Notes under the pieces: generated by a model
The model's input: only the letters and a program-made list of their open reading frames with translations
Database searches by the model: none
What the model was told of the DNA's origin: nothing
Origin: Amphiscolops sp. MND2022
Lineage: Eukaryota
Direction of reading: 5' to 3'
Assembly (NCBI GenBank): GCA_964187785.1
Contig: OZ076409.1
Coordinates: 37,946,001 to 38,010,000 of the forward strand
Length of the DNA: 64,000 bases
Shown: positions 1-11,300 of the stretch, piece by piece
How the letters are laid out: each line of letters opens with the position of its first letter
How positions within the stretch are numbered: position 1 is the first letter of the stretch
Position numbers and translations under genes: made by a program

Positions 1-2246
1 TCACTCAACCCATATATTGATATGTGAGGTATGATTTTCTGTTGTGTAACGTCCAATGGCAGCTGATTTTTTCAAAATGACCCCAAACCCACAGTGGGCA
101 CTTTTTTCATGTTATTCACATCCCATGTTGTGCAAAACAACATTTTATGTGGCTATTGTGCTTTAAAAACTAATTTCGGGCACTCAAAAACATAATTTTG
201 TTGGAAAAATAACACGGTTCGCCATGTAATATCTAACATAGTGAACTGGAAAAAAACAAATTTTTTCAGAATCATCCTACAGGTAAACTGATGGGTTCTT
301 GGGCGTCACCATAGCTCACAAAACTTTTTTGACCTTATGGTCGGAGACCGTAGAGACCGTTGTTGGCGAGCAAATAAGCTTTTTGTAAGTCCGAGTCGCC
401 TAAAAAAATGGTAAGTAACACATGTAAGCACTTTTATCATTCCCTGTAGCAACTAGTGAAAACTTTTTATCACCATTCGGTAGGCCAGTGGGCCACCTTT
501 ACTTTCCAAAAGATGACCCATGTTGCTATCTGTACTCTGTCAGGAGATATACATACCCGAAAAGTAGTTACGATGTGACAACATAACTCTCTATAACTCT
601 CGGACTCACCTAAAAATTCCAAAATTTTTCAGAAGCACTCTACAAGTGTACTGATGGGTTTTTGGGCGTCACCATAGCACACTGACACTTTTTGACCTTA
701 TGGTTCAAGACCGTACGGACCGTTGGTGGAGCAGAAATGGGACTTTTGTAGGTCCGAGTCGTGCAAAAAAATGCTAAATACCCCATATTGGCATATTGTG
801 CACGCCGTGCAGCAGTGACTGAAAACTTTTTATGACCAATCGATAGACCAGTGGCCCACGTTCTTTTTCGAAAAGGTGACCCATGATGCTATCTGTAGTC
901 TGTAAGGAGATATGCATACCCGAAATGTAGTTACGATGTGACACTATAACTCTCGGACCCACGTAAAATTTCGAAATTTGTTCAGAAGCTTCCTACCACT
1001 GTTCTAATGTGTTTTTGGGCGCCACCATGTCACACTGACAAATTTTGATCTTATTGACCGAGACCGTTCGGACCGTTCCTGAAGAGAAAATCACATTTTT
1101 GTAACTCCGAGTCGACATGAAAAATTGAAAACAACACTTCTGAAAATTTTTTTCTTTCACTATGGCAGCTAAGGTATATTTTTGGCACTCAATCGTTAGA
1201 CCGCTGCCCAACGTTCATTTTGTTAAAGATGACCCACGGTGCTATCTGTACTCGGTTATGAGTAACATGATTATGAAATGTTCATACAACGTAACAGATC
1301 AACTCGGACCGTGACTCAAAAAAATCAAATTTTTCCAGAGGCCTCTTAGAGGTCAACCAATGTCATTTTGGTCGTCACCATAACTCACTGACACTTTTTC
1401 ACCTTATGGTCCGAGACCGTGCGGACCGTTGCTCCTGGTCAAATCATCAATTTTGTAATGGTGATACTGTTGGAATATACATTTTGGCACTTTTGGCCAC
1501 TTTGATTGAGCCCGAGGGGAAAATTTTTTTGGACCGTTCGGTAGACCGTTGGCCGTTGATGATTTTGCAATATGTGCACATTGCCGGTATCTGCGTTGCT
1601 TCATGCTGAATTTGGACTTTGAATATGTGAGTGATAAATCACCTTGAATCAAAAAACCCGAAATATTGCAAATATAGGTTGAAGATGCAATTTTTCGGAA
1701 AAACGTCAGGAGAAAAAAGTTATTAAAATTTGTTCCACTACCTGTGTGCCAAGTTTCAACGCAATCCAAGGACTTTTCAGTTTTTGTCATTTTTCAAACA
1801 AATGTTGGCCAAATGTGTGCAAATTTTCGTATTCGTTAAATTTTCCGCCAATATTATCCGCCATATCTCCACTCCTGTTGCGAATTAAGAAATAATTTTT
1901 GGCATGTGTAAGCATGACATCATTTATGCCTCGCACGCAAAAAATGGGCCAAATGCATAGCGTAAAGTGTGGAGCTACTACGTGAAAAATGCGAAAAATG
2001 GCCAAAAAACACGATCATTTGCACATAACTTTTCAACAAATGTTTCAATCATGATACGTCAGGGGAAAAAAGTTCTTAGAATTTGATTTTATGTATGTGT
2101 GCAAAGTTTCATGGAAATCTAACGGTTAGATTGGAAAATCGCTTGTTTTTCTCCCGGTCTACCATGGATGCATTTTGTATATAGCGCTCGGCTCCGGGAC
2201 CCTCCCCAGGCCTCGCAATGACTATTGTGGGGCAAATTAAGCCCCG
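1..2246 (+). mobile_element. Long unit, family A (3' part only; putative non-autonomous element)
   Basis: Colinear with the 3' ~2.25 kb of 22156-27053 and 27054-31949. Ends ...gcaaattaagccccg|GACCACC. Mobility is inferred. Confidence 0.6.
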
Positions 2247-3279
2247 GACCACCCAGTGGAGGCAGGTACCAACTACCAGTAAGGCCTATTCAGACAATAC
2301 TTTATCGGAATTGAAGTTGGTGCAACTTACCATTGTAAACTTTAATGGTTTTCATTTAAAAAAAACATAGTTCAACAATTTATTTTCTTCATCTTCAATA
2401 TTCTACCAACCTCCTCATTGGAAGCACATGAGTTGCAAAGACCTTTATTTGTTGTCGTCGTTCTTCCTCCGAATCGCTTCGCGTTCCTCCGGAACAACGC
2501 CGGTGTTGCTATTTGTCATAAATTCCAAAAAGTGATTGAAACTTCAAAGACGTCTGTTAAATGCTTCAGTAGTATATTCATTTAAAAAAATGTCTCAAAA
2601 CACTTCAAATAGTCAGCGTAAGTGCTCAGGTACCTCATTTTTGACCTCAAAATGTGAAAAAACATCAAAAAATACGAAAAAACACTTTTTTTGGAAAAAT
2701 TCTAAATTTTTCGAATTTTTGTAGAACTTTTGTAGAACTTTTTTTTCGGCCAAAAAAACCAAAATTTTTTCCTTTTTCGATCAAACATAAAACCATTCAT
2801 TTTTATCCATAGGCACTACCTCTTCCATTGGGCACTTCGGAAGTCATGATAAAAAGTGTCAAAAAATCACCTTTTTTGAAGTATATTTCCTATCATATCT
2901 CCCGTTGTATTAGGGCCTGGCCAAAAATTTTTGGCCATCTTGTAGCCCACTTCATTTGTACCTCACACAAAAAGTTTCGGCCTATTGGCCCCAATGGCTG
3001 AGGAGCTGCGGTTGAAAAGATGCGAAAAATGGGTGATTTCGACATACATTTGCTCATAACTTCCGTCACAGGGTATGGAGCGAAAAGTGCCAGAAGGAAA
3101 AAGTTCTTACATTTTGATTTTATGTCCGCATGCAAAGTTTGAATAAATTCTAACGGTTCATTTCCGAGATCGTCTCCGTAGACCCCCCCCCCCAAGATGT
3201 ATATTTTTAGCAGGCTATTCTTCAAGCTCGTCACGGGACCCTACCCGGCCTCGCACTACTCTGTAAAGGTAAAACACCC
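2247..3279 (+). mobile_element. Short unit, family B (1033 bp)
   Basis: Head caggtaccaactaccagtaagg, tail ...ggtaaaacaccc. Near-identical to 34090-35120. Confidence 0.6.
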
Positions 3280-4321
3280 GACCACCCAGTGGAGGCAAAG
3301 CTACCAATTACCAGGGGGCCGAACGGTACTGTCTGTTCTCAATTCATGTATAACTTGTTCCACTTTGGGGTCTCTGATGTGATTTTTTGCCGATGCACAT
3401 CGCAACGACGTAATCATGTCGAACAAAACTAAACAATGACTGCCTTCGGTCGTAACAAGTATCTACAGCCTTCCTTCCGGGTCACCGTTGTTCCTGCGTG
3501 CTGCTGTGCATCCCTCGGAACACCGGTGACAAATAAAATTACGTTTTAAAATCGTGCTACTTATGCATTTGCCTCAACCCTGAGTATTTTTCAAATACTT
3601 TCTGAAACTGGTATATCAAGCTGGTGAAAGCGGTCAATATTAAAAATAAACCCATTTTGGCGCCGTTGACACGATAAATAATGTGATTTTTGAATTCCTG
3701 GTATAAAAATACAATGGAACCCGAAATTTTTTTTTTTTGAAAAAATTCGCAATTTTTAGAATTTTTGTAGAACTTTTGTAGAACTTTTGTATTTTTAATT
3801 TTTTATCCTGGCCACGTGATGTTGAAAACACATCGACTGTACTGCTACCGCTAAAGGAAACATCATTTGTATAAAAGTTCGGAAATTATGACGCAATGAC
3901 AGGAAAATTCACAATTTTTTTTTACTTCGTTCACTTCTATCTCTCAGCCTAGTATCACCAGCCTAATGATTTTTGGCATGCAAACACCTGACATCATTTA
4001 TGCCTCGCATGCAAAGTATCAGCCAATTGTATCCACATGCTGCAGATATCGCAGCGAAAAAGTACCGAAAATGGGTGAAAAACCCGATCATTTGCTCATA
4101 ACTTCCCGCCAAGTAATAGGATCATGTTTGACCAGCAGAACATCATTCTTACATCGGCAAGATAAGTACACATGCAAAGTTTAAAGAAGTTTTATCGGTT
4201 CAATTCGAAAATCGCCGTTTTTTGACTGGTGTGCTAAAGGATATAGTACGACACGCGAAAATTAAGCTCGGCATCGGGACCCTCCCCGGCCTCGCACTAA
4301 ATAATGTGGGGAACTACCCCG
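3280..4321 (+). mobile_element. Short unit, C-type tail with a head unique in this window (1042 bp)
   Basis: Head caaagctaccaattaccagggggccg is seen once. The tail from ~3740 is shared with C units. Confidence 0.6.
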
Positions 4322-4337
4322 GACCACCCAGTGGAGG
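4266..4337 (+). other. Conserved junction block (representative of 34): GCTCGG..GGGACCCTCCCCGGCCTCGCA..hairpin..GACCACC-CAGTGGAGG; putative recombination or nicking site
   Basis: The best-conserved segment across all families. Family identity switches within GACCACC. Function is inferred. Confidence 0.8.
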
Positions 4338-5381
4338 CAGGTACCAACTACCAGTAAGGCCTATTCAGACAATACTTGATTGAAACTGAAGTTGGTGCAA
4401 CTTAAAATTGTAAACTTTAATCGTTTTCATTTCACAACAAACTACCTCAAGAAAGTTATTTTTTCATCTTGGTAATTCTACCAAGCACCTCATTGGAAGC
4501 ACATAAATTGCACAGACTTTTATCGTTTGTCGCCAATCTTCCTCCGATACGCTTCGCGTTCTCCCGGAACATCGGCGATCTTTCTACATGTCATTTAACG
4601 AAAAACATAGAATTTCAACAACTGAGAAAAGATTGCAGTAATTTGGGATTAAAACTTTAAAAGTGTAATCATTAACCAAAAATAAAAATTAAATGTGTCA
4701 AATTCCCCTAAAAAGTCAGTGTAAGTGCTCGGGTACCTCATTTTTGACCTCAAAATGTGAAAAAACATCAAAAACGACGAAAAAACCTTTTTTTTGGAAA
4801 AATTCTAAATTTTTCGAATTTTTGTAGAACTTTTGTAGAACTTTTTTTTGGCCAAAAAAACCAAAATTTTTTCCTCTTTCGATTAAACATAAAACCATTC
4901 ATTTTTATCCATAGGCACTACCTATTCCATTGGGCACTTCGGAAGTCATGATAAAAAGTGTCAAAAAATCACCTTTTTTGGTGTATATTTTCTATCATAT
5001 CTCCCGTTGTATTAGGACCTGGCCAAAAATTTTTGGCCATCTTGTAGCCCACTTCATTTGTACCTCACACAAAAAGTTTCGGCCTATTGGCTCCAATGGC
5101 TGAGGAGCAGCGACTGAAAAGATGCGAAAAATGGGTGATTTCGACATACATTTGCTCATAACTTCCGTCACAGGGTATGGAGCGAAAAGTGCCAGAAGGA
5201 AAAAGTTCTTACATTTTGATTCTATGTCCGCATGCAAAGTTTGAATAAATTCTAACGGTTCATTTTCGAGATCGTCTCCGTAGACCCCCCCCCCCAAGAT
5301 GTATATTTTTAGCAGGCTATTCTTCAAGCTCGTCACGGGACCCTACCCGGCCTCGCACTACTCTGTAAAGGTAAAACACCC
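4322..5381 (+). mobile_element. Short unit, family B variant (1060 bp)
   Basis: B head and B tail, with a different segment at ~4580-4715. Confidence 0.6.
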
Positions 5382-8300
5382 GACCACCCAGTGGAGGCAA
5401 AGGTACAATCACGAGAAAGGCCGTAATGCCATTGTAGAGGTAAGCAAGGAGGCGAAACTAACAGGATAACGACCATCAATTGTTTTGCATTCTACAAAAC
5501 TTGCTCAAAACTGCTATAAACTTCATCTGCAATAGTTCATGCTATAACGCACGCGCGAACCACTACAGGTGATGTACAGGCCATGTGGTTTGTTATCACC
5601 GTTCTTCCTCCGAACTGCTTCGCGGTCCTCCGGAGAACGGTGATGTTGTTATTTACAATTCAACAAAAATATACAGACACATTCAGTTGCAACAACTGAA
5701 ACAACAGTTCAGTATTGTTTCATTTACCTTTTCTGACCTCTGAAACCCCTTTAATTGTCACCGTAAGTGCAGAGTCACTTCTTTTTTGCGTTCAAAATGT
5801 GAAAAAGCATCGAAAAATGAGAAAATCTTTTTTTTTGGAAAAATTCTAAATTTTTAGAATTTTTGTAGAACTTTTGTAGAACTTTTTTATTTTTTATTTT
5901 TTATCCTGACCACGCGATGTTGAAAACACATCGACTGTACTGCTACCGCTCCATTAAACACCATCTCATACAAAGTTCGGAAATTATGACTCGATGACCG
6001 GAGATTTCACAATTTTCCACTACCTTTTCCCCTTCTACCTCTCAGCCTAGTATCACCAGCCTAATGATTTTTGGCATGCAAACACCTGACATCATTTATG
6101 CCTCGCATGCAAAGTATCAGCCAATTGTATCCACATGCTGCAGATATCGCAGCGAAAAAGTACCGAAACAGGGTGAAAAAACCGATCATTTGCTCATAAC
6201 TTCCCGCCAAGTAATAGGATCGGGTTTGACCAGCAGAACATCATTTGTACATCGGCAAGATAAGTACACATGCAAAGTTTCGTTACAATCCTACGGTTCA
6301 ATTCGAAAATCGCCATTTTTTGACAGGTGATCTATAGGTATATAGTTTGACACGCGTAACTTGAGCTCGGCGACGGGACCCTCCCCGGCCTCGCACTAAA
6401 ATATGTGGGGAACTACCCCTGACCACCCAGTGGTGGCAAAGGTACCTTTTGCAAGCACTGGCCGTTATCCATTCTGTGAAAGTAGAGTTGCGGTAAAACG
6501 AAACCTACATTTGTACAACACTCATTTTAAAAACAAGTTTTTACATACATTTTTTTTCACTATAACTGATTTCATATGTAACTGCAGTCACTTTTGCAGA
6601 AAAAGGGACTACAAGCGTTCGCTGCGGGTCACCTCTGTTCCTGCGTGCAGCTCCGCATCACTCGGAACACAGGTGACACTGTGTTTTTAGAGTCCAAATT
6701 GCGATACGTTTATATTTGTTTCCCAAAAACTGAAACCTGATTACTTCGTGATCCCGGGTAACAAACGAATGATATGATTAATACGATGCAAAATAAAGCT
6801 GTTTTGAACACAGCGACGGTAAAAACAAGGTCATTATTACATTCCTGAGAAAAAATTACGCTGGATTTGACAAAAAAATTTTTTTTTGAAAAAATTCTAA
6901 AATTTTAGAATTTTTGTAGAACTTTTGTAGAACTTTTTTATTTTTTATTTTTTATCCTGGCCACGTGATGTTGAAAACACATCGACTGCACTGCTACCGC
7001 TCAAGTAAACACCATCTCATACAAAGTTCGGAAGTTATGACGCGATGACCGGAGAATTCACAATTTTCCACTACTATTTCTACTTCTATCTCCCAGCCTA
7101 GTATCACCAGCCTAATGATTTTTGACATGCAAACACCTGACATTATTTATGCCTCGCATGCAAAGTATCAGCCAATTGTATCCACATGCTGCAGATATCG
7201 CAGCGAAAAAGTACCGAAACAGGGTGAAAAAACCGATCATTTGCTCATAACTTCCCGCCAAGTAATAGGATCATGTTTGACCAGCAGAACATCAGTCATA
7301 CATCGGCAAGATAAGTACACATGCAAAGTTTCAAGAAGTTTTATCGGTTCAATTCGAAAATCGCCGTTTTTTGACTGGTGTGCTAAAGGATATAGTACGA
7401 CACGCGAAAATTAAGCTCGGCATCGGGACCCTCCCCGGCCTCGCACTAAATAATGTGGGGAACTACCCCGGACCACCCAGTGGAGGCAAAGGTACAATCA
7501 CGAGAAAGGCCGTAATGACATTGTACAGGTACGCAATGAGGCGGAACTCACAGAATAACGACCATCAATTGTTTTGCATTGTACAAAACTTGCACAAAAC
7601 GGCTTTCTTTCATCTGCAATAGTTCATCCTATAACGCACACGCGAACCACCACAAGTGATGTCCAGGCAATGTATTTTGTTATCACCGTTCTTCCTCCGA
7701 ACAGCTTCGCGGTCCTCCGGAGAACGGTGATGTTGTTAGTTACAATTTAACAAAAATATACTGACACATTCAGTTCCAACAACTGAAGCAACAGTTCAGT
7801 ATTGTCTCATTTACCTTTTCTGACCTCTGAAACCCCTTTAATTGTCACCGTAAGTGCAGAGTCACTTCTTTTTTGCGTTCAAAATGTGAAAAAGCATCGA
7901 AAAATGAGAAAATCTTTTTTTTTTGAAAAAATTCTAAATTTTTAGAATTTTTGTAGAACTTTTGTAGAACTTTTTTCTTTTTTATTTTTTATCATGACCA
8001 CGCGATGTTGAAAACACATCGACTGTACTGCTACCGCTCCATTAAACACCATCTCATACAAAGTTCGGAAGTTATGACGCGATGACCGGAGATTTCACAA
8101 TTTTCCACTACCTTTTCCCCTTCTTCCTCTCAGCCTAGTATCACCAGCCTAATGATTTTTGGCATGCAAACACCTGACATCATTTATGCCTCGCATGCAA
8201 AGTATCAGCCAATTGTATCCACATGCTGCAGATATCGCAGCGAAAAAGTACCGAAACAGGGTGAAAAAACCGATCATTTGCTCATAACTTCCCGCCAAGT

Positions 8301-11300
8301 AATAGGATCGTGTTTGACCAGCAGAACATCATTTGTACATCGGCAAGATAAGTACACATGCAAAGTTTCGTTACAATCCTACGGTTCAATTCGAAAATCG
8401 CCATTTTTTGACAGGTGATCTATAGGTATATAGTTTGACACGCATAACTTGAGCTCGGCGACGGGACCCTCCCCGGCCTCGCACTAAAATATGTGGGGAA
8501 ATACCCCTGACCACCCAGTGGAGGCAAAGGTACAATCACGAGAAAGGCCGTAATGACATTGTAGAGGTAAGCAATGAGGCAAAAGTCACAGGATAACAAC
8601 CATCAATTGTTTGCTTTGTACAACAGTTGCTCAAAAGTGTTCTTTCATCAGCAATAATTCATCCTATACCGCACGCGCGAACCACCACAGGTGATGTACA
8701 GGCCATGGTTGTTTGTTATCACCGTTCTTCCTCCGAACTGCTTCGCGGTCCTCCGGAGAACGGTGATGTTGTTATTTACAATTCAACAAAAATATACTGA
8801 CAATTTCAGTTCCAACAACTGAAAGAACAGTTCAGTTTTGTCTGATTTACTTTTTGTGACCTCTGAAACCCCTTTAGTTGTCACCGTAAGTGCAGAGTCA
8901 CTTCTTTTTTGCGTTCAAAATGTGAAAAAGCATCGAAAAACGAGAAAATCTTTTTTTTGAAAAATTCGCAATTTTTAGAATTTTTGTAGAACTTTTGTAG
9001 AACTTTTTTATTTTTTATTTTTTATCCTGGCCAGGTGATGTTGAAAACACATCGCCTGCACTGCTACCGCTCAAGTAAACACCATCTCATCCAAAGATCG
9101 GAAGTTATGACGCGATGACCGGAAAATTCACAATTTTCCACTTCTTTTTCTACTTCTATCTCTCAGCCTAGTATCACCAGCCTAATGATTTTAGGCATGC
9201 ACACACCTGACATCATTTATGCCTCGCATGCAAAGTATCAGCCAATTGTATCCACATGCTGCAGATAGCGCAGCGAAAAAGTACCGAAAATGGGTGAAAA
9301 ACCCGATCATTTGCTCATAACTTCCCGCCAAGTAATAGGATCATGTTTGACCAGCAGAACATCATTCTTACATCGGCAAGATAAGTACACATGCAAAGTT
9401 TAAAGAAGTTTTATCGGTTCAATTCGAAAATCGCCGTTTTTTGACTGGTGTGCTAAAGGATATAGTACGACACGCGAAAATTAAGCTCGGCATCGGGACC
9501 CTCCCCGGCCTCGCACTAAATAATGTGGGGAACTACCCCGGACCACCCAGTGGAGGCAAAGGTACAATCACGAGAAAGGCCGTAATGACATTGTAGAGGT
9601 AAGCAATGAGGCGGAACTCACATGATGACGACCATCAATTGTTATGCATTGTACAAAACTTGCTCAAAACGGCTTTCTTTCATCTGCAATAATTCATCCT
9701 ATAATGCACGCGCGAACCACCACAGGTGCTATACGGGTCATGTTCTTTGTTATCACCGTTCTTCCTCCGAACTGCTTCGCGGTCCTCCGGAGAACGGTGA
9801 TGTTGTTAGTTACAATTCAACAAAATTATACTGACACATTCAGTTCCAACAACTGAAGCAACAGTTCAGTATTGTCTCATTTACCTTTTCTGACCTCTGA
9901 AACCCCTTTAATTGTCACCGTAAGTGCAGAGTCACTTCTTTTTTGCGTTCAAAATGTGAAAAAGCATCGAAAAATGAGAAAATCTTTTTTTTTGAAAAAA
10001 TTCTAAATTTTTAGAATTTTTGTAGAACTTTTGTAGAACTTTTTTATTTTTTATTTTTTATCCTGGCCACGTGATGCTGAAAACACATCGACTGCACTGC
10101 TACCGCTCCATTAAACACCATCTCATACAAAGTTCGGAAGTTATGACGCGATGACCGGAGATTTCACAATTTTCCACTACCTTTTCCCCTTCTACCTCTC
10201 AGCCTAGTATCACCAGCCTAATGATTTTTGGCATGCAAACACCTGACATCATTTATGCCTCGCATGCAAAGTATCAGCCAATTGTATCCACATGCTGCAG
10301 ATATCGCAGCGAAAAAGTACCGAAACAGGGTGAAAAAACCGATCATTTGCTCATAACTTCCCGCCAAGTAATAGGATCGGGTTTGACCAGCAGAACATCA
10401 TTTGTACATCGGCAAGATAAGTACACATGCAAAGTTTCGTTACAATCCTACGGTTCAATTCGAAAATCGCCATTTTTTGACAGGTGATCTATAGGTATAT
10501 AGTTTGACACGCGTAACTTGAGCTCGGCGACGGGACCCTCCCCGGCCTCGCACTAAAATATGTGGGGAAATACCCCTGACCACCCAGTGGTGGCAAAGGT
10601 ACCTTTTGCAAGCACTGGCCGTTATCCATTCTGTGAAAGTAGAGTTGCGGTAAAACGAAACCTACATTTGTACAACACTCATTTTAAAAACATGTTTTTA
10701 CATACATTTTTTTCACTATAACTGATTTCATATGTAACTGCAGTCACTTTTGCAGAAAAAGGGACTACAAGCGTTCGCTGCGGGTCACCTCTGTTCCTGC
10801 GTGCAGCTCCGCATCACTCGGAACACAGGTGACACTGTGTTTTTAGAGTCCAAATTGCGATACGTTTATATTTGTTTCCCAAAAACTGAAACCTGATTAC
10901 TTCGTGATCCCGGGTAACAAACGAATGATATGATTAATACGTGGCAAAATAAAGCTGTTTTGAACACAGGGACGGTAAAAACAATGTCATTATTACATTC
11001 CTGAGAAAAAATTACGCTGGATTTGACAAAAAATTTTTTTTTTGAAAAAATTCTAAATTTTTAGAATTTTGGTAGAACTTTTGTAGAACTTTTTATTTTT
11101 TATTTTTTTATCCTGGCCACGCGATGTTGAAACCACCTCGAGTGTACTGCTACCGCTCCATTAAACACCATCTCATACAAAGTTCGGAAGTTATGACGCG
11201 ATGACCGGAGAATTCACAATTTTCCACTACTTTTTCTACTTCTACCTCCCAGCCTAGTATCACCAGCCTAATGATTTTTGGCATGCGAACACCTGACATC

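Noticed and set aside
4266..4330. HDV-like ribozyme, suggested by GCTCGGCAT..CCTCGC
   Set aside because: I could not find the complementary P1 strand or build the nested double pseudoknot.
6365..6435. Minus strand of the junction block loosely resembles tRNA-Pro (TGGTC-AGGGGTA..GTGCGAG..TCCCG..CGAGC); the plus strand contains ..ACCA
   Set aside because: There is no GTTCRA T-loop or B-box and no consistent acceptor stem, and the resemblance fails in families B, E and L. Not called as a tRNA or SINE.
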